A stretch of 64,000 nucleotides of DNA from Polyangia bacterium (lineage in GTDB: Bacteria; Myxococcota_A; Polyangia; Nannocystales; Nannocystaceae), in assembly GCA_030429545.1 (NCBI GenBank), contig JAUIFF010000001.1:275599-339598 (forward strand), in the 5' to 3' direction. Below, piece by piece: positions 20,391-30,322 of this stretch (positions within the stretch are counted from its first letter, which is position 1; each line of letters starts with the position of its first letter). The notes below the pieces were generated by a model. It was not told where the DNA came from, searched no databases, and was given only the letters and a program-made list of their open reading frames with translations. The position numbers and the translations under genes are program-made.

Positions 20391-21119
20391 CTAGGCGGCC
20401 TGTTTGCCGGAACTCGATGCATGTGCAAGTGCAGAAGCTGATTGGCCGCTGACGATTGCCGGAGCTTCCTGCACGAGGCTATCGTCGGTTGCCGCGGCCA
20501 CCATAAACAAAGCAAAGTCGATGCGGCGGGTCATGTTACTCGCAAGGATGGGGTCGCCCACCCGGCGGCTCCAGACCGGCAGCCCTTCGCTCGGCCCCTC
20601 TTCAAGGTCGCTGCCGCGGACCACAGTCCAGCGGGTGTTGCTGGCAAAGATTCGCCGACAGGCCTCGACCTGGTCGTTGAGGTCCGCAAACCGGGTGATT
20701 CGGGCTAGAAATCCAAAAACGAGCTCGAAGGCGCGTAGTTTCCAAGTATATACATCCTTCCCGTCGCGGGTGATGTGCCAGCCACACGAAAACACCAGGC
20801 GCGCGCCGGGCTCGGCAAAGTCGAGGACTGCTTGGGCCGTGCCAGATGCGTAGTTGTTGACACCCCAGGGGGCCAGGACCGTGAGCACGGCATCGCAGCC
20901 TGCAACGGCCTGCCGGATGACGTCGCGGTTGTCGGTACGGCCCGGAAAGATCGTGATCCGGCCCTTGAATGCGTCGAGCTTGCCTACGCTTTGCTCCCGA
21001 CACACGCCGACGACTTGATAGCCGCGGTCAAGTGCGTGTTGAACCATGTAGCGGCCGAGTTTGCCCGAGGCGCCGACGATACAGACTTTGAACTGGGAGT
21101 ATTTTGGAGTGTTGGCCAT
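20391..21119 (-). CDS. NAD(P)-binding oxidoreductase (NmrA/atypical SDR-like)
   Basis: N-terminal Rossmann motif VCIVGASGKLGRYMVQHALDRGYQVVGVCR. Divergent from a TetR gene. Confidence 0.8.
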   Translation of the reverse strand: MANTPKYSQFKVCIVGASGKLGRYMVQHALDRGYQVVGVCREQSVGKLDAFKGRITIFPGRTDNRDVIRQAVAGCDAVLTVLAPWGVNNYASGTAQAVLDFAEPGARLVFSCGWHITRDGKDVYTWKLRAFELVFGFLARITRFADLNDQVEACRRIFASNTRWTVVRGSDLEEGPSEGLPVWSRRVGDPILASNMTRRIDFALFMVAAATDDSLVQEAPAIVSGQSASALAHASSSGKQAA

Positions 21120-21250
21120 GGAGTTGTTCCGCCTTGATTTCTTACGGTGTAAGGTTTAGGTTACGGTGTAAGGTTGTCAAGAGAGTTTTTAGCTTTCCTG
21201 TGAATTCAACATGTTGCCTCGGTCAAGCGATCGGGCTAAGGAGTCGTTTG

Positions 21251-21925
21251 ATGGGGGCGAAATCTTCGAAAGCGCGGGAGCGCTTGACCCGAGCACGGGT
21301 TGTTCAGACTGCCGTCGCACTCGCCGACGCCGGTGGTGTTGGCTCGCTATCCATGCGGAAGTTGGCCAAGGCGTTAGGGGTCGAAGCGATGTCGCTTTAT
21401 CACCACGTCGCCAACAAGGAGGAAATTCTCGACAGCATGGTCGACGCGGTGTTTGGCGAAATCGAGTTTTCGCCGGAGGCCGAGTGGAAACAGGCGATGC
21501 GCGAGCGGGCCAACTCGGTGCGCGCTGTCCTACGCCGTCACCCGTGGGCACTCGGACTGCTGGAGTCGCGCAAGAACCCCGGGCCCAACACATTGGGGCA
21601 TCACGATGCGGTGATCGGATGTCTGCGTCGGGCGGGGTTTTCCGTTGCCATGACCTCCCACGCATTTTCGCTGATCGACAGCTACCTCTACGGTTTTGCC
21701 CTGCAGGAGCTCAACATGCCCTTTGAGAACACGGCACAGCTCGAAGTTGTGGCCGAGGACATGCTCGCCGCGATGCCGGCCGACGCCTATCCAAACCTTA
21801 TCGAAATGATGCAGATGCATGTTTTGCAACCGGGCTACAGCTACGGTGATGAGTTTGCCATCGGCTTTGGTGTGGTGCTCGATGGCATCGAGCGGATGGC
21901 GCTCGCGGCCGGCTGCAAACTATGA
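21251..21925 (+). CDS. TetR/AcrR family transcriptional regulator
   Basis: N-terminal HTH: RARVVQTAVALADAGGVGSLSMRKLAKALGVEAMSLYHHVANKEEIL. The start is moved to the internal ATG (MGAKSS...) because the track ORF start overlaps the divergent gene. Confidence 0.85.
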   Translation: MGAKSSKARERLTRARVVQTAVALADAGGVGSLSMRKLAKALGVEAMSLYHHVANKEEILDSMVDAVFGEIEFSPEAEWKQAMRERANSVRAVLRRHPWALGLLESRKNPGPNTLGHHDAVIGCLRRAGFSVAMTSHAFSLIDSYLYGFALQELNMPFENTAQLEVVAEDMLAAMPADAYPNLIEMMQMHVLQPGYSYGDEFAIGFGVVLDGIERMALAAGCKL

Positions 21926-21946
21926 GGTCGAAGGAAAGTTGTTGAT

Positions 21947-21981
21947 ACAAAAAAGCCGCACACCTTCGGGGGATGTGCGGC
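21947..21981. terminator. Hairpin terminator between the convergent TetR and metalloprotease genes
   Basis: aaaaaaGCCGCACAccttcgggggaTGTGCGGC. The A-run sits 5' on the + strand, which is a T-run 3' on the minus strand, so it serves the minus-strand metalloprotease gene ending at 22001. Confidence 0.65.
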
Positions 21982-22000
21982 CGATTATCATCGGGGTGTG

Positions 22001-25000
22001 CTAGTGGCGACGGCGACGGAGGCCGAACAGGGCTAGTCCGAGCAGTGCCGCACCGGCCGGGGCGTTGTTGTCGTTGCTGCGACATCCACAGCCGTCCTCG
22101 ACAACCTCACCGCCGGAGTCGGTATCGGTGCCCTCCGAGTCGGAGTCGGTATCGCTGCCGCTTGCCGGGTCTCCGGAGGTTGGGCCCGCAGTCGTGGTCG
22201 GCGTGACCGTGGTGGTTCCGACAGAGTCGGAGTCCGAGGTGCCGTCGGTGTCGGTTGCGTCGGTGGTGTCCGAATCGGTGGCATCAGTTGTTGCGTCGGT
22301 GGTCGGCTCGTCGGTGGTCGCGTCTGTGGGATCGTCGGTGGTCGCGTCCGTCGTGTCGGAGTCTGTCCCCACCATGCACTCGTCTTCGTCGGTCACCCAG
22401 CTCGAAAACGGGGTGTTGTCGATCCCGGCAAACGCAATGTTGTCGATATCCCAGCCAGGGCCGCCCGCGGCCGCATCGGTACCGATCCGGAACCGCAGCT
22501 TGGCCTGCGTGCCCGCGAAGTTGTCGCCAAAGTCGAGGACCAACTGTTCCATGTCGGGGTAGGCCGAGCTATCACCGACAAATGCCGGGCGCCCGTCGAG
22601 CGGGTTGGCGGCGCTGTTGATCGGCGCGACGTAGCCCGGGTCGATGTAGGCCGAAACGTCCTCCCAGTTTTCGCCGTCGTCCCCCGAAATCTCGATCAGC
22701 CCACCGTCCCAGTAGGTGTCGTTTGAGAACTCAAACGAGAACGCGTGGTCGAAGGTGACGACCAAGGGTTCGTCTGCGCTGACCTCGAGGGTTGGGGTTT
22801 CGATCCAGGTATCGCTTTGGCGCCCCACGTCGTCGCCATGCCAACGAAAGCCTTCGGCGTAGGGGGCACGCATCCAGATTTCGTCACCGTCGGTTCCCCC
22901 GGCAATCCACGGACTATTCGGCGTTTCGACGTCGTCGGTCTTGGAGCTGTTGGCGACAATGTCGCCGTGAATGGTGGTCCGCAGTTCCTGCTCGATCACG
23001 GTTTCACAGCCGTTGGGCGCCGTGAGCCGAAGCGTCACAATGACTGGTTGATAGGACTGCAGCGACTCATCGACAGCCACGGCAATCGTCGCCGTGTGGC
23101 CCATCCCCGGCCCGACTTCGGGGAGGGTTGTCACCGGCCCGTCGGGGAACACGAGGTTGGGATCGGGGTCGACGACTTCGATGGTTGAACCGGCCTCGAG
23201 CGCACCCGAGCCGGTGTTGAGCAGATCGACGGTGATGTGCCCGAGCTCGCCAATGTCGACAATACCGTCGTCATCGCACGAGTTGGTATCGGTCATGCTG
23301 ACGCCAGAAATCACCCCGCGGGCACTGAGTTCGAAGTCCTCGACAACGCCGACCAAGTCCTCCGACATCCGCTCCGGCGATACGGCGCAGGTACCCGCAC
23401 CGCGCTCGGCAAATGCAGCCGCAACGATGCCGTAGTCCTCGGGTGTATCGCTTGCGGCGATCGCCAATAAAATCCCGTCGCGTTGCTCGGTGAAGGTCGG
23501 CAGGCTCGGTGCCATCAACATGCCGCCGACGATGTAGTCGGTCATCCGCCGGTGAATCGCCTCAAACTCGACCTGGCCCTCGTGCGCCTTGTGGAGGGCG
23601 ATGTAGCTTTGCCACAACATCGTCGACCACACCTCGCCCGTATTGTGCACCTGGGAGTTTGCCAGGCCGTTGGGGTCGAGCGGGGCGGTGTCGGGCAGTG
23701 GCTCGCCGTTGGAGATGTGGCGGAAGGTCAGTGCATTTTTATCGAAGTCGGCCGAGTAGGTCACCCGGCGGTAGCCAAAGTAGCCTGTTGGGTCGGCAAA
23801 AAACGCCGCGTAGTAGGGGAAGCCGTAGGCTCCGTCGAGATCATCACCTTCCCGTAGGGACATGTGTAGGCCGATAAAGTCACCCCAGCCCTCACCCTGA
23901 CCGCGGGTTTGGATCGACCCATTTTCGACCATCCGATTGTGGATGTAGTGGCCAAGCTCGTGGGCGATGATCAGGTTGTCGATCGTGCCGTCGCGCTCGA
24001 CCTGATTTTCCCGCAGCATGTGCCCGGTTTGTGGGTCGTTTTGCATGGCTGCCTTGATCTCGTTGCCGGCGTTGTTGGAGATGCCAAGGCTGGGGATGCT
24101 CGGGTCAGGGTGGTTGTTGTCGGGGCCTAGGGTCGGGGCCGAGTCGCCTGGTTGGTTGTTGGCGATAAGCACCCCCACCGCTCCGGCAGCCTCGGCGTGC
24201 CCGACCTTGGTCTCGAATGTGCACGAGCCCCGGTCGACCAGCGCGATCATCCCGGCGAGGTTGTTGACCGCCGGCTCGCAGCCGTCGTTGATCTCGCCCT
24301 GGCCGTCGTCGAGCAGGGCAATCGTGGCGGTGACATCAAACTGGCCGGGGCCAAAGCCGGCAGTGCCAACGGTGTACGAGGCGTCCAGCGGGTTGACGGT
24401 GAGCGACGCACTCGCGGCAGTGGCCAGGTACATTTGCATACGCGGCGATTCGCCGTCGGCTGGCGTCGACATATTGGCGTTGTTGCGGGCACCTTCGAGG
24501 GCGGCGTCCTGGGCATGGGCATGCAGGACATCGCCCTCAACCCCGCCGCGGCCGTAGTTGTTTTCCTGGGCGTTGCCGGCCTCTTCGTTGAAGCCCGAGT
24601 CGTACCACCAGTCGTGTAGCCAGTTGATCGTGTAAAACAGTTGCACGGTCGCGGCCATCGACTGCGTCTGGTTGGCCAGCGGTTCTTGAGTGACATCGTA
24701 GGTGTGGTCGAAGACGCCCGGGGCCGTGATGCTCGCGCGGTACTCATCGCCGCTTAGCCCATCGGGATTGGCGTGGTCGACATAGGCATCGACATTGTTG
24801 CCGATCGACTCGGTGGCACCGTCGGGTAGCCACGGGTCGTTGTGGATGTTGAACCCCTCCATCGTGATGAGCTTGGGTTGGGCGAATTGCGTTGGTCCTT
24901 GGCCTGGAACGCCGCCGGGGTAGGGGGAGTTGTCGACAAACGGACAGTCGTCGGGACGATGGTCGCCGCCCTCGTCAGCCCACACTCGGTATTGAAATGA

Positions 25001-25852
25001 CTCGTATTCGGTGAGGTCGCGACGGACCAGCACACGCCCGTCCTCGGCCGCAATCACGTACTCGACCACCATTGTCTCGCCACCGAGTTGCGACGTTTGC
25101 ACTTCGAGGTGGTAAGCCGGGAGCAGGGCGTCGCCCTCTGGGAAGTAGACTTTTTTGACACGTGCTGGCCGGCGAAACGCAAACCCGGGGGCTGCCACCA
25201 ACTCAAACCGTTCCCATCCACCGTCGGCGAGGCCAAGCGAGCGCATCGGCGTAGCGGGTGGTGCCGTCTCGGGTAGGAGATCGCGTAGTGCCAGCGAGAT
25301 GGCTTCGTCCGAATCGAGTGCGAACGTTTGAGCCGTTTTTGCCTGGGCTGCCGGATGGAGTGCACCGGAGACGGCACGAACCCTGCGGGAGCGGTCGAGC
25401 ATGACTTTGACATCGCCGTGAAACACATCGACATCGCCCACGGTTTGGCGCAACACAACGATGATCGGGCCGCGACCGTTGTCGTGGGTGAAGCGGTGCC
25501 GGGTGCTACGGACCACGGCATTGCTCACTCCGTAGTAGTCCCGCAACAGGTGCAGCTGATTGCGAGCCGCCGCCAAGTCTGTCCGCGCCTGCGAGCGCGG
25601 GCCATTACTCGGCAAGAGCAGCATCGAAGGCGCACCTGAGGGGGTCGTCGAGACCACAGATGCCGGCAGCGAGTTGGCGGTCGGGTGGTGTTGACGTGCG
25701 GTTTTTGGGGCCTGCAACCAGGCGTCGTGGTTGTCGAGTGGTTGGGCAACTGCTGTCGGGACAAAGCCGAGTAACGCAACGAGCAAGAGGCTCGACGAAC
25801 GGAGGAGCGGATGTGCCATGGTGTGTCGATTCGAGAGTTGTTGTGTGTACAA
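22001..25852 (-). CDS. Secreted zinc metalloprotease (M36 fungalysin-like) with PA domain and C-terminal MYXO-CTERM sorting tail
   Basis: HELGHYIHNRM...GEGWGDF (HExxH plus the downstream EGW motif typical of M36). PA-domain-like LVDRGSCTFETKVGHAEAAGAVGVLIANN. Asp/Thr-rich linker (TDATTDDPTDATTDEPTTDATTDA...). C-terminus GCGCRSNDNNAPAGAALLGLALFGLRRRRH. N-terminal signal peptide. Confidence 0.8.
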   Translation of the reverse strand: MYTQQLSNRHTMAHPLLRSSSLLLVALLGFVPTAVAQPLDNHDAWLQAPKTARQHHPTANSLPASVVSTTPSGAPSMLLLPSNGPRSQARTDLAAARNQLHLLRDYYGVSNAVVRSTRHRFTHDNGRGPIIVVLRQTVGDVDVFHGDVKVMLDRSRRVRAVSGALHPAAQAKTAQTFALDSDEAISLALRDLLPETAPPATPMRSLGLADGGWERFELVAAPGFAFRRPARVKKVYFPEGDALLPAYHLEVQTSQLGGETMVVEYVIAAEDGRVLVRRDLTEYESFQYRVWADEGGDHRPDDCPFVDNSPYPGGVPGQGPTQFAQPKLITMEGFNIHNDPWLPDGATESIGNNVDAYVDHANPDGLSGDEYRASITAPGVFDHTYDVTQEPLANQTQSMAATVQLFYTINWLHDWWYDSGFNEEAGNAQENNYGRGGVEGDVLHAHAQDAALEGARNNANMSTPADGESPRMQMYLATAASASLTVNPLDASYTVGTAGFGPGQFDVTATIALLDDGQGEINDGCEPAVNNLAGMIALVDRGSCTFETKVGHAEAAGAVGVLIANNQPGDSAPTLGPDNNHPDPSIPSLGISNNAGNEIKAAMQNDPQTGHMLRENQVERDGTIDNLIIAHELGHYIHNRMVENGSIQTRGQGEGWGDFIGLHMSLREGDDLDGAYGFPYYAAFFADPTGYFGYRRVTYSADFDKNALTFRHISNGEPLPDTAPLDPNGLANSQVHNTGEVWSTMLWQSYIALHKAHEGQVEFEAIHRRMTDYIVGGMLMAPSLPTFTEQRDGILLAIAASDTPEDYGIVAAAFAERGAGTCAVSPERMSEDLVGVVEDFELSARGVISGVSMTDTNSCDDDGIVDIGELGHITVDLLNTGSGALEAGSTIEVVDPDPNLVFPDGPVTTLPEVGPGMGHTATIAVAVDESLQSYQPVIVTLRLTAPNGCETVIEQELRTTIHGDIVANSSKTDDVETPNSPWIAGGTDGDEIWMRAPYAEGFRWHGDDVGRQSDTWIETPTLEVSADEPLVVTFDHAFSFEFSNDTYWDGGLIEISGDDGENWEDVSAYIDPGYVAPINSAANPLDGRPAFVGDSSAYPDMEQLVLDFGDNFAGTQAKLRFRIGTDAAAGGPGWDIDNIAFAGIDNTPFSSWVTDEDECMVGTDSDTTDATTDDPTDATTDEPTTDATTDATDSDTTDATDTDGTSDSDSVGTTTVTPTTTAGPTSGDPASGSDTDSDSEGTDTDSGGEVVEDGCGCRSNDNNAPAGAALLGLALFGLRRRRH

Positions 25853-26330
25853 GTGGGGGGCAAAAACCCCGATGTTGGGTCGCTATCCATCTCCGACCGA
25901 ACGGCGCATCTGTCGCACAAAACGGTTCAGAACGATGCTTGCGGTGGCAGCGAGACTATAATTCATGATGTCACAAAAACACAATCCTAACTTTTCGCAA
26001 TCGAACTCACGTGAATGATGTACCCACAAGTGGTTGAACCGCGCATGCGCACTTGCTTGCCGAGGAAAACCTCACAGGCAAATTTGCTGTAACGCACGTG
26101 TAACATGTTGCTACAAACATATCTATGCATAGACATTTATTTTGTTGTTTGTACAAACAGTCTTGACGCCGGACACCCGCCATAAAATCGCCGCTGTCTC
26201 AATCGACCGCGAGCGGGTTCACGCCTATCGGGCTCTCGGTAGGTCAAACCGATAAGTTAACGTCATTCGCGGCAAATGTCCCCAGTGACTTATCCGCCAT
26301 CGGCTCGGCTGACGTGTTAGAACAGATTCA

Positions 26331-27365
26331 ATGGCGCGGTTGTGGGTTGGCTTGTGGGTGCTGGGCATGCTGTGGGGTTGCAAGATGGACAATCCGGCTT
26401 TTCGCGAGTCACAAAGTGGCTCGGGGGACACGACGAATGTCACAGGGTCGGATAGCTCCGATGCCACCTCTGTTGCCCCGACGGGCTCTGACACCGACTC
26501 GACGGCGTCGACCGACACGACCGCCGGAACCGACCCAACGGACGACCCGACTGCGACTTCAGGTTCGACCTCAGATGTCGGCACGACCGATTCGTCGACA
26601 AGCGACACAACCGGCTCGGACACGGACGTTGGGACCGACACCGAAGCGGAGACGGAGTCGGAGACCGGCCAGGGGTTGTGCCCCGACGCGGCCGAGCCGG
26701 ACTTCGACATGGCGTTTTTCTTTGGCGCCGAAGAAGCCATCAACACATGCGACCATACCTACGACGGATTTGCCCGATTTCAGGAGTACGACCCGGTCAA
26801 TCGGCGCATCAAGATGAATCAATGCACCGGTAAATCGCAGTGCCTAGATCCCCAGTTCGTCTGTGGTGGGACGGCGATTACCGTGGAATTTGAGCTGCCC
26901 CAGGGAGACGTTCAGACCTATTTACCGTCGGCCGAGATAGGTCAGTGTATGCGGTATGTCATCGATGTGCGGCGCCCCGGTGATTTGCCAATGGAGTGTA
27001 AGGGCAGCTCTCTGGTGTTGATCGAGGAGTTTGAAGGTAGCGGTCCCAAGCTGCGTTATGCGGCCGCGCGTGACCAGGTTGGCCAGCCGTCGGGGGCCGG
27101 TCCAGAACTCGCAGTCGATACCAAACAGGCGACGACGTGCCCGTGCGACGGCATGTGTTGCAACATCCAGCCGTTGCAGCCCGGAGTCTACGAGCTCGTG
27201 TTCGCGGGGACGGCGTTGAGTGGGTCAGCGGCCCTGGTTCAAGGAGCCGCCAACAAGGAGCTCATGCTTCACGAACAGCCGGTTTCGATCCGCAACTTCG
27301 CCAGCAATGTCTCGGGGCAGTGTGCCCCGCCAAACTGGGCCTGGGCCGTTCGCCGTCACGATTAG
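26331..27365 (+). CDS. Secreted lipoprotein, Cys-rich C-terminal domain; member of a tandem paralog pair
   Basis: Signal peptide plus Cys (MLWGC) directly followed by KMDNPAFRE. Ser/Thr/Asp-rich linker. Cys-rich globular part (CTGKSQCLDPQFVCGG..., TTCPCDGMCCN). Confidence 0.6.
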   Translation: MARLWVGLWVLGMLWGCKMDNPAFRESQSGSGDTTNVTGSDSSDATSVAPTGSDTDSTASTDTTAGTDPTDDPTATSGSTSDVGTTDSSTSDTTGSDTDVGTDTEAETESETGQGLCPDAAEPDFDMAFFFGAEEAINTCDHTYDGFARFQEYDPVNRRIKMNQCTGKSQCLDPQFVCGGTAITVEFELPQGDVQTYLPSAEIGQCMRYVIDVRRPGDLPMECKGSSLVLIEEFEGSGPKLRYAAARDQVGQPSGAGPELAVDTKQATTCPCDGMCCNIQPLQPGVYELVFAGTALSGSAALVQGAANKELMLHEQPVSIRNFASNVSGQCAPPNWAWAVRRHD

Positions 27366-27375
27366 TGGATTTTAG

Positions 27376-28431
27376 ATGAACATACATAAAAAATTGTGTT
27401 CGTACACATTTATTCTGGTCGTTGGTAAGGTTGTGGCCATTGCTAGCTGTACGATGGACAATCCAGCATTTCGCGAGCCGACCGCGGGTGTCAGTGCGAC
27501 CGACTCTGGGGCGTCTTCTGCGACCTCCGAGCCGACGGTGGACCCGACCACCCAGGGCCCGACGACCGGTGACACCGCGAGTTCGTCAGCAACCCCAACT
27601 GTTGATCCTACATCGACTTCTGAGCCAACCGAAGACCCGAGTGACGCGACCACCACGACCACCGGCCCCGACAGTGATAGCGTTTCAGAAGCCGGCCCCG
27701 ATAGCGAGACGATGACGACGACCGAGGGGGATAGTGCAGGTGCCGTCTGTGACCCGTTTGTGCCCCCAAACTTCGACTTTACAGTCTACAACGGGGATGT
27801 TGAGCTCGTCAGTGATTGCGGCTCCGAGTTAGTCGGCTACGCCCAGGTTCACAGCTACGCAGCCGACACCGAGACGATCAAGTTGGTCAAGTGTGATGGT
27901 GAGTTGCAATGCCTCACCGAAATTTGCGAGGGCGAGTCTATCAATATCGACCTCGACTACCCCATGCTCGAGGAGGCTGAGTTTGCCCCCCACGTGACGC
28001 CCGGGGCCTGTGCCGGCTTTGCCTTTGGTCTGCGGCGCCCGACTGGTGGTGGGTGCAAAGCTGGCTCGGTCACGCTGACAGCTTCGCCCTCGGTGGAAAA
28101 CCTCGACTCTCCAGAGCCGCTTGTTTACGCGGCGGTCAATGGGTTGACGAGCTATACCCGGGCGTTCGACTTCGAACTCGAACTGCTGGCGGAGTGCGCG
28201 TGTTTTGCGGCCTGTTGCGACGACCTCCCGGCACCGCCCGGGACCTCGTTGCTCAGGTTTAGTGGCGGGAGCCTCAAGGCGCAGGTGATTACGCTCGGAC
28301 CCGGGATGTCTGAGATGGTCATGATCGACGAGGGCATGGGGGCGATGAAAAACTACGCCTCGGCGATGGATGCCGACTGCGATGCCGATCCCTACTTTGC
28401 TTGGGTTGTCAGCCGCGAGCCGATACCGTAG
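27376..28431 (+). CDS. Secreted lipoprotein, paralog of 26331..27365
   Basis: AIASC followed by TMDNPAFRE, the same post-lipobox motif as the upstream gene. Ser/Thr/Pro-rich linker. Cys-rich part (CACFAACCDD). Confidence 0.6.
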   Translation: MNIHKKLCSYTFILVVGKVVAIASCTMDNPAFREPTAGVSATDSGASSATSEPTVDPTTQGPTTGDTASSSATPTVDPTSTSEPTEDPSDATTTTTGPDSDSVSEAGPDSETMTTTEGDSAGAVCDPFVPPNFDFTVYNGDVELVSDCGSELVGYAQVHSYAADTETIKLVKCDGELQCLTEICEGESINIDLDYPMLEEAEFAPHVTPGACAGFAFGLRRPTGGGCKAGSVTLTASPSVENLDSPEPLVYAAVNGLTSYTRAFDFELELLAECACFAACCDDLPAPPGTSLLRFSGGSLKAQVITLGPGMSEMVMIDEGMGAMKNYASAMDADCDADPYFAWVVSREPIP

Positions 28432-28443
28432 CTGTAGAGGGCT

Positions 28444-29082
28444 TTGCGAGCGGTTTGCTCACATGTTCGGGGCAAGAACCGCTTGCGCGTCACGCCGTGC
28501 ACCGCTAGGTTGACCGCCGAATTTGAGGTCGCCGTGAAGCCAGTCGACATCTGCAAGCATCTAGGTTCTGAACACATTGATTCCTACTACAACGAGCTGT
28601 CCGGCAAAGAAGTCCGGGCGGTCTTGAAGGCAGGGAGCACCTCGACCGGCGTGCCCTCGACCGCGTTTACCCAGGCGGCCCGCCGCAAGGTGTGGCGCAA
28701 GCGGTTTGACAGCGAGTTTAGCCGCAACAACGAGTCGCTGGCGCTCGCGTTGCTCATCGAGTGGCTCATGCGTCACCACCGGAGCATGTTGGTCGACTAC
28801 CTCGACTTCCTGGGCGTGCCGCACCGCCAGGGCGAGACCGACGAAGACTTTTGCGAGACCCGCGAGCCCGAAAAGCTGCGCGAGGGTGTCAAAGTCCTGA
28901 TGGAAAAGTACCCGCACCACCACGTGGCAACGTACATGCTGTTGGTTGGTCACCTGCAGGAGACGGTTGTTTTTGACCAAACTCCCGAGGTCTTAGAGGC
29001 CCTGGGCATGAACAAAGACGACGCCGCGGCCTACATCGCAAAGCACAAGGCCAAACACGAGAAGAAAAAAGCCGCGAGCTAA
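28444..29082 (+). CDS. Hypothetical protein
   Basis: ORF with a Lys-rich C-terminus. First of three co-directional genes upstream of the MVP-like gene. The start is uncertain. Confidence 0.4.
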   Translation: MRAVCSHVRGKNRLRVTPCTARLTAEFEVAVKPVDICKHLGSEHIDSYYNELSGKEVRAVLKAGSTSTGVPSTAFTQAARRKVWRKRFDSEFSRNNESLALALLIEWLMRHHRSMLVDYLDFLGVPHRQGETDEDFCETREPEKLREGVKVLMEKYPHHHVATYMLLVGHLQETVVFDQTPEVLEALGMNKDDAAAYIAKHKAKHEKKKAAS

Positions 29083-29111
29083 CCGCTGGCGCACGACAAA
29101 GGAGCGGGGAC

Positions 29112-29432
29112 ATGGACCGTTTGGCAATGCTGCAACAATTTGCAAATACAAAGCCCGATGATCCGTTTCCCCGTTACGGTTTGGCGATGGAGTACAAAAA
29201 ACTCGGTCGCCTGCAAGAGGCCTCCGACCAGTTTGACCAGCTGATGGCCAACCACCCCGACTATGTCGCAACCTATTTGATGGCCGGCAATACCCTCGAG
29301 GCCCGTGGTATGCCCCAGGAGGCAGCCAACGTGTATCGCCGCGGCATTGCCGTTGCCGACAAGGCGCGCAATGAGCACGCCAAGGGCGAGCTCGAAGGCG
29401 CGTTGGCGGCGATCGACGAAGGTTCGGCGTGA
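29112..29432 (+). CDS. Tetratricopeptide-repeat (TPR) protein
   Basis: 106 aa. LAMEYKKLGRLQEASDQFDQLMANHPDYVATYLMAGNTLEARGMPQEAANVYRRGIAV shows TPR-like helical pairs. Confidence 0.55.
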   Translation: MDRLAMLQQFANTKPDDPFPRYGLAMEYKKLGRLQEASDQFDQLMANHPDYVATYLMAGNTLEARGMPQEAANVYRRGIAVADKARNEHAKGELEGALAAIDEGSA

Positions 29433-30322
29433 ACCTCCCCGAGCTGGCGTTTGCCAGCCCGCGCAAACTACCCCGCGGACACACCCTCAAGGGCCGCATT
29501 GTCGTGCTCGACATCGCGTTTGCAGCCGACGGCATGGGTAAGGGGTTTCGCAAAATCACCGGCCGGTTTTTGCAGGAAGTAGGGGACCGGCTCGCCCGCT
29601 GGGTCGACCACCACGACTCCGACCGTCACGCCGAGTACCGCGACGATCCTCGGTTTGTGCTGCACACCAAGGCCGAGCACGGGGCCTGCCCCGAAATCAT
29701 CACCAAAAAGATGGTTGAAGAGACAGGCCCGGTCGACACCATCCTCTGCCACTTCGATTTGGACGGCCTGTATTCGGCGGCCAAATGGATTTTGGGAGGG
29801 GTCGAGCCCTATCCCGGGGCCGACGACGATGCCCGTGCGGTCGATACCCGGATAGGCGAGATGAGTGCCACGGCCAACCTCATTGACCAGGCGCTGCGCA
29901 GTAAATATTCCGACGACACGGTCAAGCAACGGATTGTCCGTTACCTCGTTGGTGGCTGCAAACCGGGGCTAGAACTCGACACGATTGAGCGGGCCGCTGC
30001 CGACTTTGCTGAACTGGTTGCAGGTGCAACGAAGATCGCGCGGGCCTACCAAGTTGCCGACGGCGTCGCGGTGGTCGAGGTGCCCAGGGCCAGTGGCCGC
30101 TTCGACAAGACCGAGTTGCTGTTGCTCGGGCAACAGCTCGCCACGGTCGCGGTTGTGATCGACAATATGAACGTTTCGATCGCCGCCGGCTTTGACAGTG
30201 GCCTCAACTTTGTCGAGCTGTTCGAGCTCGGTGGTGGCATGCCGACCCGCGTCAATATCCCCCGCAAGCAACTCGCCGCCGCCCTCCCGCGAATCAAGCG
30301 TGCCGTAGCGAACCTGCGCTAG
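29429..30322 (+). CDS. Hypothetical protein (297 aa)
   Basis: Overlaps the TPR gene by 4 bp (ATGA), suggesting translational coupling. No recognisable motifs. Confidence 0.45.
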   Translation: MNLPELAFASPRKLPRGHTLKGRIVVLDIAFAADGMGKGFRKITGRFLQEVGDRLARWVDHHDSDRHAEYRDDPRFVLHTKAEHGACPEIITKKMVEETGPVDTILCHFDLDGLYSAAKWILGGVEPYPGADDDARAVDTRIGEMSATANLIDQALRSKYSDDTVKQRIVRYLVGGCKPGLELDTIERAAADFAELVAGATKIARAYQVADGVAVVEVPRASGRFDKTELLLLGQQLATVAVVIDNMNVSIAAGFDSGLNFVELFELGGGMPTRVNIPRKQLAAALPRIKRAVANLR

